A DNA stretch of 64,000 nucleotides from Candidatus Bathyarchaeota archaeon. GTDB taxonomy: Archaea > Thermoproteota > Bathyarchaeia > 40CM-2-53-6. Location of the stretch: the NCBI GenBank assembly GCA_963833125.1, contig CAWHWX010000001.1, forward strand, positions 256,001 through 320,000, in the 5' to 3' direction. Under the pieces are notes generated by a model. The model worked only from the letters and a program-made list of their open reading frames with translations. It was not told the origin of the DNA and searched no databases. The position numbers and the translations under genes are program-made. Below, piece by piece: positions 1 to 8,576 of this stretch (position 1 is its first letter; every line of letters starts with the position of its first letter).

Positions 1-361
1 GGACTCTGGAACTAGCTTCTTCCTTCCAAGACTGGTGGGTTTTGCAAAAGCACTAGAGCTGTCATTAACCGGTGACGAACTCACGGCCAAAGACGCCGAA
101 AACCTAGGATTGACGTCCAAAGTTGTTCCATTAGATCAATTGATGCCAATCACCAGAGAACTCGCCGTTAAATTGTCTCTGGGCCCTACCAAGGCGATCG
201 GCCTCACAAAGCGGGCGCTGAACAAATCAATCTCTTCTGACTTGGAAACCGTTCTAGAGTATGAGAGCTATTTGCAAGAGATCGCCGGTGCGACGTCCGA
301 TCATCTTGAAGCTGTCCGTGCTTTCTTCGACAAGAGAAAGCCGGTTTTCAAAGGAAACTAA
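1..361 (+). CDS. Enoyl-CoA hydratase/isomerase family (PaaG-like), 5'-truncated by window edge
   Basis: Crotonase C-terminal signature (LTGDELTAKDAENLGL...AIGLTKRALN...EAVRAFFDKRKPVFKG); frame open to the window start. Confidence 0.85.
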   Translation, partial: DSGTSFFLPRLVGFAKALELSLTGDELTAKDAENLGLTSKVVPLDQLMPITRELAVKLSLGPTKAIGLTKRALNKSISSDLETVLEYESYLQEIAGATSDHLEAVRAFFDKRKPVFKGN

Positions 362-367
362 TTACGC

Positions 368-1363
368 CTAGAATGGAGTGGCCACGGGTTCGTCTGCGCG
401 TACATCAATCTCGGCTCCTTCCAAATCGATTTCAGGAATGGCGGGAAGCAGTATTCCTAATTTCTCGATTTGTTCCCTCCGCCTCTGAATGGCCTGAAGC
501 CAGCCCTTCGATTTTTCTTCAATCGAAGGAACTCCAAGACCTGAGTCTCTTGCAACCCCCTCCATTTCCGCGTCGATCTCGTCGAAGTCCTTAGGCAAAT
601 GCCAGAAGATTGGCATTGGGTGGTAGAGAAGGGGAGAGAGGAAGATGAAACCGTGCTTCATCTGTCGTGTTATCATCAACTTCTGATCCGATGGGAAATC
701 CTTGGCGAGGTTATCCAATAGGGATAATGTTCCAGCTAGGTGGCGTGATTCGTCCACCGTCACGTTTTGGAATGCCTCCTTGTAGAGTTTGATGCTTGAG
801 AGTTCGCTAACGGTCTTGAAGATGAGTTGGGCCCCTATCTCCGCGAAGAAGAAACTTGAGAATATCAGCTCCAACGGATATTTCTCCCAGGCTTTCATGA
901 AGCCATCCCAGTACCTTCTTCCATTATCATAAAGAGCAGTGATGTTCTTCAAAGCCCTCTTTTCGAAGTCGGTTGTGGCGTGATATTTGTATGGGAAGTT
1001 CGGACAGAGCTTATTGCAAGCACGCCTGCAAACCTCGTCGTGCCTACACTCATCGAACGTCACCGCCGCCAGAAACTTCTTGGTTGGATCCTCCATATCG
1101 TACATCGCCGCCTTCAACATGGCTGTACCGAACGCTCCAATTCCTGATTTCTCGAATAACGCGAGTTTAGCCATCCAATATGCCTGTGCAACGCGTTCCT
1201 TCCCGTCTAGGCCAGTCGGGTCTAATGAGTCCCAAGCTAGCGTAACTGGGTTCCAATCTTGAACGAAGGACTGCTCATACGTGCGAAGCAACTGTTGTGT
1301 CTTAACAGTCCAGTTGCCCGGGAAGATGTTGGGTTCAGAAGGAGTTTGTGACATGGAGCCCAT
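368..1363 (-). CDS. Ferritin-like diiron-carboxylate protein (R2/R2lox/AurF-like fold)
   Basis: E...DExRH twice (LFEKSG/DECRH and FAEIGA/DESRH); start set at 1363 because a TTAAAG box lies about 25 bp upstream (ORF track gives 1405). Confidence 0.75.
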   Translation of the reverse strand: MGSMSQTPSEPNIFPGNWTVKTQQLLRTYEQSFVQDWNPVTLAWDSLDPTGLDGKERVAQAYWMAKLALFEKSGIGAFGTAMLKAAMYDMEDPTKKFLAAVTFDECRHDEVCRRACNKLCPNFPYKYHATTDFEKRALKNITALYDNGRRYWDGFMKAWEKYPLELIFSSFFFAEIGAQLIFKTVSELSSIKLYKEAFQNVTVDESRHLAGTLSLLDNLAKDFPSDQKLMITRQMKHGFIFLSPLLYHPMPIFWHLPKDFDEIDAEMEGVARDSGLGVPSIEEKSKGWLQAIQRRREQIEKLGILLPAIPEIDLEGAEIDVRADEPVATPF

Positions 1364-1455
1364 TCTATCGTGAAAGAAATAGTCCTTTAAGGATTCCGAA
1401 GTCACACGGGCCCTATCTCATCGAGATACATTGTCGGTGAACAGGCATAGAGGTG

Positions 1456-2226
1456 CTAGTGAAGTAGGCTGCCGCCGTCTAAGACGAGCGTTTGTCCGTT
1501 AATGAATGTTGAATCGTCTGAACAAAGGAACACGAGAATCTTGGCGATCTCTTCAGGTTTAGCGAATCGCTTGATGAGGTTCTCGCCCTTCTCCCTTTCC
1601 AACTCTTCCTCTGTCAGCTCGGTTACCCATTCGGTTTCAACGTTCCCGAGTGCTACCGTATTTACCCGGACGTAAGGTGCGAGTTCAACAGCGAGCGCCT
1701 TCGTGAGGCCAATAACGCCTGCCTTAGCTACCGTAAATGCGAATCCCCTATCGTGCCCACCCAAAGCAGGCGTTGAGCTAACGTTCACGATCACTCCCCT
1801 CTTTTGTTTCAGAAATTGCGGTGCAACGGCTCGTGCACAAAGGAAGGATCCGAACAGGTCTACGTCTATGGGCTTGAAGAAGTCGTCAGGGGACAGCTCC
1901 AGGAAACGCTTATTCCATTCACCCTTTGCAGGGTAACCGGCTAAGTTTAACAGAAAATCAACCTTCCCGAACTTGCTAACCGCGGCTTCAACCATATCCT
2001 GAACCTGGCTGGGTGACTCCTTCACGTCTGTGAAATTGACTTGTGCCAGAAGGGTTTCGTGGCCGAGAAGGGATATTTCACGTGCAACTTTCTCCGCTGC
2101 ACCTCTATTGGCATGATATTGTAGCACAATGTTTGCACCCTCCCTCGCGAACTCAAGGGCCGTAGCCCGACCGATGCCGCCGCTGGCTCCCGTGACTACG
2201 GCAAGTTTACCCGACATGCTCAACAT
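1456..2226 (-). CDS. Short-chain dehydrogenase/reductase (FabG-like)
   Basis: TGASGGIG Rossmann motif, NVSS, VRVNTVA, INGQTLVLDGG; catalytic YxxxK reads FTVAK. Confidence 0.85.
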   Translation of the reverse strand: MLSMSGKLAVVTGASGGIGRATALEFAREGANIVLQYHANRGAAEKVAREISLLGHETLLAQVNFTDVKESPSQVQDMVEAAVSKFGKVDFLLNLAGYPAKGEWNKRFLELSPDDFFKPIDVDLFGSFLCARAVAPQFLKQKRGVIVNVSSTPALGGHDRGFAFTVAKAGVIGLTKALAVELAPYVRVNTVALGNVETEWVTELTEEELEREKGENLIKRFAKPEEIAKILVFLCSDDSTFINGQTLVLDGGSLLH

Positions 2227-2379
2227 TTAGGCAAACCACCCATCCATGGGACTCAAGAACCAAGTCACAAACCGCGGGCTCCTATATTGAGTAGACTTTA
2301 TTTCATCCAGAACCTGAATAATGATTAGAGAGGAAATCAGTCGCCCACTTTTGAGCAACTGACACGATTCAACAAACGT

Positions 2380-2691
2380 ATGCCCGTCTTGGTCTATGAG
2401 AAAATCAAGACCGGACAGTTTCTTCTCATAAAACGCTACAAAGAAAAATTAGTTTTTGTCGGCAAATTGAATGTCTTGGGTATCCTCCTGCTGGGCCTTA
2501 CTGGGTACTGGTACCTTGCTGGCACCAAATATCACAGTTACGTGTTGGAAGGCCTTTTGGGAATCATGACCACCGCGAAGTTGGATGACAGGCTCTACAA
2601 AGTAACGGATTGGGGCCACAAGAAGGGTCGACTGCTCGTCTATGTAGAAAAGGAAACGCCGAAAGCACGAATGAAAGCGCAAGAAGTCTAG
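2380..2691 (+). CDS. Hypothetical protein, possibly one TM segment
   Basis: ATG-started 103-aa ORF in an otherwise empty gap; no family recognised. Confidence 0.45.
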   Translation: MPVLVYEKIKTGQFLLIKRYKEKLVFVGKLNVLGILLLGLTGYWYLAGTKYHSYVLEGLLGIMTTAKLDDRLYKVTDWGHKKGRLLVYVEKETPKARMKAQEV

Positions 2692-2826
2692 AAAGTCTCG
2701 AAATCCATCCGCAACAATAATGGATTCAGCATCATCCCATATAGAATTAGAGATAGGAACCCTATCGTCTGACAGACAGGGCCCAAATGCTTTAATGTGA
2801 TTCAAGGCTACGCTAGAGAGGGCTTC

Positions 2827-2925
2827 GTGGTAGAAGAAATACCGGCGGCAAACGACGAAGAGCTTGACGATGAATATTTGCCTGCTTGTTGCCGCAACGG
2901 TAAACAGCATCAACATCCAGTTTAA
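2827..2925 (+). CDS. Candidate 32-aa small protein (MVEEIPAANDEELDDEYLPACCRNGKQHQHPV)
   Basis: Hand translation; TTTAAT at 2791-2796 and purine-rich GAGAGGG just before the GTG; below the ORF-track cutoff. Confidence 0.4.
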   Translation: MVEEIPAANDEELDDEYLPACCRNGKQHQHPV

Positions 2926-2989
2926 CTGAGATGTTCTGGGATACTCGTTCGTGGTCAGGGTGGAGTATCGATTATCTAAGAGGCGCCTC

Positions 2990-3418
2990 TCATTCAACGC
3001 CTAGACTTGTGAGAAGGTAAGAAAAGTTTCCATTCTCCAGCTTCGACGGCCTAAGCTTCAGTTTGATGCCTGCCTTCAGATTCTCCTCCGGAATCCTTCG
3101 ATCGATCCATGCGAAGACCTTTGGTCCTTCACAGAATTGCGCTAAACCTAGGAAATAGGGGACTTGCTCTTTGAATGATGCTGGAGCAGCCTCTACCTTT
3201 GTGAAAGTTATCAATGTACAATCGCCGGATAGCAACGTCCATTCGAAGCTACTCGACAGGCACTTCAGGCAATAGGCCCGCGGCGGAAATTGTATGAGGC
3301 CGCACTCTAGACATTTCGTACCATAAATTTTTCCAGCCTCCAAGTACTCGACGAATTTTGAGACTCTTGTTTGGCTTGCGAATGAAACCCAGCCGAATTT
3401 TTCGAAACCCAAGCTCAA
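2990..3418 (-). CDS. DUF35 Zn-ribbon/OB-fold protein (thiolase partner)
   Basis: CxxC...FPPRAYCxxC followed by OB fold; directly downstream of thiolase; TTG start at 3418 chosen to avoid overlap. Confidence 0.9.
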   Translation of the reverse strand: MSLGFEKFGWVSFASQTRVSKFVEYLEAGKIYGTKCLECGLIQFPPRAYCLKCLSSSFEWTLLSGDCTLITFTKVEAAPASFKEQVPYFLGLAQFCEGPKVFAWIDRRIPEENLKAGIKLKLRPSKLENGNFSYLLTSLGVE

Positions 3419-3437
3419 CCACCCATATGGCGTTAAT

Positions 3438-4589
3438 TCAACCGGCACGAAGGACCGTGCAAACGGCGTACATTCCAATTCCACCGATGTTGTGGGCCAG
3501 GCCAAGTTTTGCGTCGGGTACCTGGCTGCCATCGGCTTCGTTGCGAAGTTGTTTTGTGATGGAGATAATGTGAGCGGCTCCTGTGGCGCCCACAGGATGC
3601 CCCTTTGCAAGTAAACCTCCGTCGACGTTTACTGGCGTTTTTCCCCCAACATAGGACTGTCCGTCTTCTACGAATCTCCCGCCTTCACCCCGTTTGCAGA
3701 ATCCTAGGTCCTCGTAATTCATTATCTCTGCCGATGAGAAGCTATCGTGAACTTCTGCCACGTCAATTTGACGTGCCGTCACTTTAGCCATCTTGTAAGC
3801 CTGTTTAGCTGCGAGGACACTGCATTCGAAGCTCGCGAACTCACCGCGACTCGTAAGTGACATTGGGCTGGATGCCAGCCCAAGGCCGGCCAACCAAACT
3901 GGAGTATCCGTGAACTTCCGGGCTAACTTTTCAGCAGCTAGAATTATGCAAGTAGCGCCATCCGCGTTGGCGCAGCAGTCATACAGTTTGAGCGGGCTTG
4001 CAACGATTCGTGATCTTAGAACATCATCGATTGTGATTTCCTTTTGGAACATTGCGTAAGGATTCTTAGCACCGTACATGTGGTTCTTAACCGACACAAG
4101 CGCCAACTGCTCCTCAGTCGTTCCATACCGGTCCATATGTGCTCGAGCATGCATCGCATAATATGCCGGCATAGTCGGTCCGAAGGGTGACTCCCACATC
4201 ACATCCCCCGACCTGCTCATTACATCCTGCACCTCTCCAGCATCAAGCTCCGTCATCTTCTGAAAACCAACAACCGCAACAACATCATGCAACCCAGCCT
4301 GAATCATGGACCATCCCACTCTAACCCCAACGCCTGAAGAGGCACACGCAGCCTCTACGTGAAGCGTGGGAATTGGATTAAGCCCTAGGTATTCAGCCAT
4401 AATCCCGGCAGGAGACCGTTGCTTATCGTAGTGAGTTCCCGAACATACGATTAGTGTTGAAATATCCTTCCTAGCTAGTCCCGCGTCGGATAGTGCCGCC
4501 TTAAAGGCTTCAGCGACGAGCTCCCGGCTTGAGGTATCAGGAATCTTCCCGAACTTTGTTTGCCCTATCCCTACTATGCCAACCCGCAA
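3438..4589 (-). CDS. Thiolase (acetyl-CoA C-acyltransferase, SCP2/archaeal type)
   Basis: EAACASSG, AEVHDSF, GGLLAKGHPVGATG, HNIGG motifs. Confidence 0.95.
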   Translation of the reverse strand: MRVGIVGIGQTKFGKIPDTSSRELVAEAFKAALSDAGLARKDISTLIVCSGTHYDKQRSPAGIMAEYLGLNPIPTLHVEAACASSGVGVRVGWSMIQAGLHDVVAVVGFQKMTELDAGEVQDVMSRSGDVMWESPFGPTMPAYYAMHARAHMDRYGTTEEQLALVSVKNHMYGAKNPYAMFQKEITIDDVLRSRIVASPLKLYDCCANADGATCIILAAEKLARKFTDTPVWLAGLGLASSPMSLTSRGEFASFECSVLAAKQAYKMAKVTARQIDVAEVHDSFSSAEIMNYEDLGFCKRGEGGRFVEDGQSYVGGKTPVNVDGGLLAKGHPVGATGAAHIISITKQLRNEADGSQVPDAKLGLAHNIGGIGMYAVCTVLRAG

Positions 4590-4710
4590 GAATTCACCCT
4601 CATTTCAATTACTAATGGATTGAGGCGTTATCGGCTAATTTATTTGGTTATCTAGGAACTAGGAATGTGCTAGTACTGTGGCTTGAGGTACGATTCGGAA
4701 TCGGACAACC

Positions 4711-5070
4711 TTGATAGTCAGTGATGAGCCGTCAAAGCAACGCATCCTTGCAGCCATGGCCGACGAATATTCCAGAAAGATATTGACCGCTACAATCCAA
4801 GAACCGATTAGTGCACTCGAATTGAGCAAGAAGTATGAGATACCAATAACCACCGTTTATAGGCGCATTGAGGAACTGGTGGAAGCTGGTCTGCTCGCCG
4901 CAGTTAAGTCAGGCAGGACGACGGACGGTAAATGGTATGACCTGTACAGAAGTCTTCTGCGGCGAATCGATGTGGGATTCGAAAACGGCGATGTTAGAAT
5001 CGAGATCATCGTAAATGAACATGTTTCAGACCGCTTTACACGAATGTGGACTTCAATCCCAACAATCTGA
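4711..5070 (+). CDS. Winged helix-turn-helix (ArsR-like) regulator
   Basis: ADEYSRKIL...SALELS...IPITTVYRRIEELVEAGL. Confidence 0.85.
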   Translation: MIVSDEPSKQRILAAMADEYSRKILTATIQEPISALELSKKYEIPITTVYRRIEELVEAGLLAAVKSGRTTDGKWYDLYRSLLRRIDVGFENGDVRIEIIVNEHVSDRFTRMWTSIPTI

Positions 5071-5085
5071 GGGAAGCGTATAGTT

Positions 5086-5373
5086 GTGGTTGAACTTTCT
5101 CCGATCTTTTGGTTAACCAGCATTACGAAGATCGTCGCGCTCATTCTCGGCGCATTCATTGTCTATCTTGCATACAAGGGATACAAGCGAAACTCCAGCA
5201 AGCCACTACTTTACGTAGCGCTTGGATTTGCACTAATAACCGCGGGCACGGTTACTGAAGGAATACTTTACGTGGTGCTCGGGTCGGAATTGCTGAGTGC
5301 GATTGCTGCCGGAACAACTTTTATGGTCCTCGGATTCGTCGTGATAGTATATTCGATTTACGCGGTCAAGTGA
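5086..5373 (+). CDS. Small three-TM membrane protein paired with the HTH gene
   Basis: Three hydrophobic segments and AYKGYKR motif; 15 bp after the HTH gene. Confidence 0.75.
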   Translation: MVELSPIFWLTSITKIVALILGAFIVYLAYKGYKRNSSKPLLYVALGFALITAGTVTEGILYVVLGSELLSAIAAGTTFMVLGFVVIVYSIYAVK

Positions 5374-5386
5374 AGACGCAAGTATC

Positions 5387-5923
5387 CTATTCTTCGCTTG
5401 CGACTTGAGTCCTTACGCAGATACACTCGTCTTGATACCGTCCGCAACTTGGACAACGCGGTCTACCCGTCAAGGCTTCTATCTTCTGATTCTTTACTAG
5501 GGTACGAATCTCGTCGGGAAGCTTCGGTTCGTAAAATACTCGAAGTACCCACCTTGTCAGATCCTTCTCCGTTACTATGCCAACCAACTTTCCATTTTCG
5601 ATTAAAGGAAGGCGCCTAACACCTAATCTCAGCATTGTCTCGAAGCTTTGCCATATCTCCATGTCTGGAGTACCGGTTTGTAGGGGTCGAGACATTAGAC
5701 TTCGAACCGGTAACCTAAGTAGGCTATCTCCTCTCAGGGCGGCTCGAGTTACATCGCGTTCAGTAATAATGCCAACAGGTTTCTGTTTGTCGGTTACCAC
5801 TACACTTCCGATGTCGAACTTGACCATAAGCCGAACTGCCTCCTCCACCCGTTCAGTAATATCTATCGTGACAATGTTAGTTGTCATGATCTCTGAAAGA
5901 AGCGCGCGTTCGGCACTTTTCAT
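5387..5923 (-). CDS. CBS-domain pair protein with C-terminal Cys cluster
   Basis: VGIITERD, RRLP...VGIVTEKD; tail CPSCGRYQDECIC. Confidence 0.9.
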   Translation of the reverse strand: MKSAERALLSEIMTTNIVTIDITERVEEAVRLMVKFDIGSVVVTDKQKPVGIITERDVTRAALRGDSLLRLPVRSLMSRPLQTGTPDMEIWQSFETMLRLGVRRLPLIENGKLVGIVTEKDLTRWVLRVFYEPKLPDEIRTLVKNQKIEALTGRPRCPSCGRYQDECICVRTQVASEE

Positions 5924-6134
5924 GAAGGTCGACCATTTACTGGCCTCCGCCGTATAATAGACGGCTTAACAATTACCAACAATGAGAACAAAAGTAGGTG
6001 ACTGGGAGCTCTCCGTCATTCGATTGTCCTTGTTCTTTCGCCTGATTAGTGCGATATCTTCCCTGGATGGTAACAGTTATTTTTTAGATAACGTAGCGTG
6101 CTGGCATTGGTCCCGTAAGCATAAGTGGTCATGC

Positions 6135-7181
6135 ATGGGTTTTAGCCTGTACAAGTCTCTGGCTAGACCCTTACTTTTTCTTAGATCTCCCGAAGACGCG
6201 CATGCAATGGCTGCATGGTTCTTCAGACACCCTTGGATTGGGACCTTGTTCAGGTGGCGCTTCCGAGTTGATGATGAAAAGCTGCATGTCAGGGTTCGTA
6301 ATCTCGACCTGGCGAATCCAATCGGTCTTGCTGGAGGGTTTGACAAGAACTGCGAGATGTCAAGAGGGCTCTTCAACATTGGTTTCGGATACCTAACCTT
6401 AGGCACTGTCACGTTAAACCCTAGAGAAGGCAATACCAAACCCAGGATCTGGAGGTACCCGCCTGAGTCGTTGGTCAACTCGATGGGCTTTCCTAACGAG
6501 GGGGCACGACGGGTTGCTGAGGGTTTCCGAACAAGCGAGACTAGAGCGGGGGGTAAAATAATCGTTAGTATCTCAGGGCTTAGTTTGCCCGAAATCATTG
6601 AATGTTACCGTATAATGGAACCACTGGCCGATGGTCTTGAACTAAACATCTCTACACCAAACACTGCGGGCGTTAGAGTCTTTCAAGATCGCAGTGTCCT
6701 CACGGAACTTCTTGATGCGATTGCGACGGTGAGAATAGAGGGGAAACCCTTCTGGGTTAAGATTCCGCCATACTCTAATGAGATGGACCGAGAGAACGTT
6801 CTCGGTTTGGTAGAAGTATGCGTAGATAAATCTGTAGATGCGCTCACGGCAACGAACGCAAAACGTATCCCAGAGGTTAGGTCAAGCACAGGCACTGGTG
6901 GGCTGAGCGGCTCACTGGTCTATGAAGATACGCTAAGAATCATTGCGGACATCTACAAATACACTCAAGGAAAAATACCGATCAACGCCTGCGGCGGGAT
7001 ATCCTCAGGTTCGAAGGCGTGGCGAGCCTTTGAGGTGGGGGCTTCTACGGTTCAACTTTTCACGGCTCTGGTTTACGAAGGCCCCGGCGTTGTTTCAGAG
7101 ATAAACAAAAGCCTCAGTCAAAGGCTCGCAAACTCAGGTTTTAGTTCGTTGGCTGAGGTTACAGGAACCGGTCTACGCTGA
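6135..7181 (+). CDS. pyrD: Dihydroorotate dehydrogenase, class 2 (quinone-type)
   Basis: ARPLLF..PEDAH N-terminal helix, NPIGLAGGFDKN, NSMGFPN, ELNISTPNT (catalytic Ser), GGLSG; start moved to the ATG at 6135. Confidence 0.9.
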   Translation: MGFSLYKSLARPLLFLRSPEDAHAMAAWFFRHPWIGTLFRWRFRVDDEKLHVRVRNLDLANPIGLAGGFDKNCEMSRGLFNIGFGYLTLGTVTLNPREGNTKPRIWRYPPESLVNSMGFPNEGARRVAEGFRTSETRAGGKIIVSISGLSLPEIIECYRIMEPLADGLELNISTPNTAGVRVFQDRSVLTELLDAIATVRIEGKPFWVKIPPYSNEMDRENVLGLVEVCVDKSVDALTATNAKRIPEVRSSTGTGGLSGSLVYEDTLRIIADIYKYTQGKIPINACGGISSGSKAWRAFEVGASTVQLFTALVYEGPGVVSEINKSLSQRLANSGFSSLAEVTGTGLR

Positions 7182-7194
7182 AACAAGGGTACAG

Positions 7195-7770
7195 TTAGGA
7201 TTTGAGGCGTTTTCCTGGCATCGTGATATCGTTCGCTTCAATGAGAGCAATCAACTGGATTCCGTTGCGTTCCAAGAGTTCTCGCGCACCCTTCTGAAGG
7301 TCTACAAGAGTTATCGCGGTAGTTACTTCGGCATTCGCGGAGCGAAGTGCCTTGGCAGCAGAGAGTACCGTGTGCCCACCGAACGTCGCATCTGCGATAA
7401 TTACCACTCTCTTTCCTGATCTCAAGAGGTTCTCTAGTTTTTCGTACGCGTAAATGGGCTGACCGTGGTGGATGAAAAGCGAACCCAGCTTGGCATGTAT
7501 TCCGACAACTGCGACGATGGGATCCGCCTCGACCGAGGGGCTCGCTATCTTGTCAACATGTAGTTTTGTGAGCTCGTTCAGTGTAAGGTTGATCACAAGC
7601 TCAAGCCCTGTTGGTTCAGTGAATATCATTGCCATGTCGATATAGTAGTCAGTTCGACCCCCCGAAGGACTTCTGAATTCTCCTTGGAAGATAGCCTTCT
7701 CCTCGATGAGTCTCGCGAGAGCGCTACGTAGGTTCTGGGCATTCGGTTTTTCTTGAGACATCGATAACAA
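7195..7770 (-). CDS. PyrE-like phosphoribosyltransferase paralog with degenerate motifs
   Basis: GEFRSPSGGRTDYYID resembles PyrE, but the PRPP loop reads IIADATFGGHT and the RK loop is absent. Confidence 0.75.
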   Translation of the reverse strand: MLSMSQEKPNAQNLRSALARLIEEKAIFQGEFRSPSGGRTDYYIDMAMIFTEPTGLELVINLTLNELTKLHVDKIASPSVEADPIVAVVGIHAKLGSLFIHHGQPIYAYEKLENLLRSGKRVVIIADATFGGHTVLSAAKALRSANAEVTTAITLVDLQKGARELLERNGIQLIALIEANDITMPGKRLKS

Positions 7771-7777
7771 CTACTGG

Positions 7778-8368
7778 CTACGCCGGGAGCTTCGCGGAAG
7801 CTTTCACGTACTCCATTACTTCTTCATAAGTATTCGTAGGAATTGCCCCAAGTTCACGAAGGTATGCAAAGACATCAGTAATCTTAACGAGTGGGTGGAG
7901 TTCAAGTCCCTCTCGTTCAAGGTTTGCAGGCCCACCTTGTTCTCGATCAACGAGAACCACTGTATGTTTCACATTTCCCTTTCCGCGTAGGATCGCGGCT
8001 TCTTCGATTGTGCTGTGACCAGTCGTAACAAGATCATCGACAAGAAGGACGTTATCGTTAACGTTTACCACACCTTCTATGTTCTTACCGAGCCCGTGCT
8101 CCCTTAGTTCTTTCCTGACGTAAATCAGCGGAATCCGCATCTTTTGACTTACAACGGTTGCAACTGGTAGGCCGGCTGTTGGAACGCCTGCTATGCGGTC
8201 TATCTTCCAACCCGGTTGAATTTCGTTCTTTACGATTTCGACATACAAGTCGCCGATCCTATCAAGCAGGTCTGGGAAAGAGGGTGCCAACCTCAGATCT
8301 ATGTAGTATGGGCTTCTCGCGCCTGATGAAAGTTTGAAGTCGCCGAACTTGACCGCTCCCATTCGCAT
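7778..8368 (-). CDS. pyrE: Orotate phosphoribosyltransferase
   Basis: FGDFKLSSG..SPYYIDLR, YVRKE..EHG, LLVDDLVTTG, VDREQGG; true start may lie further upstream. Confidence 0.95.
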   Translation of the reverse strand: MRMGAVKFGDFKLSSGARSPYYIDLRLAPSFPDLLDRIGDLYVEIVKNEIQPGWKIDRIAGVPTAGLPVATVVSQKMRIPLIYVRKELREHGLGKNIEGVVNVNDNVLLVDDLVTTGHSTIEEAAILRGKGNVKHTVVLVDREQGGPANLEREGLELHPLVKITDVFAYLRELGAIPTNTYEEVMEYVKASAKLPA

Positions 8369-8470
8369 GAGAAGAATAGAAGCCTCCTTGCCGAGGATTG
8401 GTTTCTTCTGTTTCCAGATGATCTCTTCGGGGCCTATTGGGAGAACCCTTACGCAGCTGACTTTGACGAA

Positions 8471-8478
8471 TTATATAA
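8471..8478 (-). promoter_or_regulatory. TATA box of the pyrE operon
   Basis: TTATATAA in the pyrE-pyrB gap. Confidence 0.6.
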
Positions 8479-8576
8479 GAATAGATCTTTGCTCGACAAC
8501 CATCAATCGATCAAAGTCTAGTTTACTTTTCCCAGGATCGTGACGTGGCAAGGGACCATGGCTGGAGGTTTTCAAG

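Noticed and set aside
2449-2997. 182-aa minus-strand ORF
   Set aside because: No recognisable motifs; overlaps plus-strand ORFs with better start signals; probably a shadow ORF
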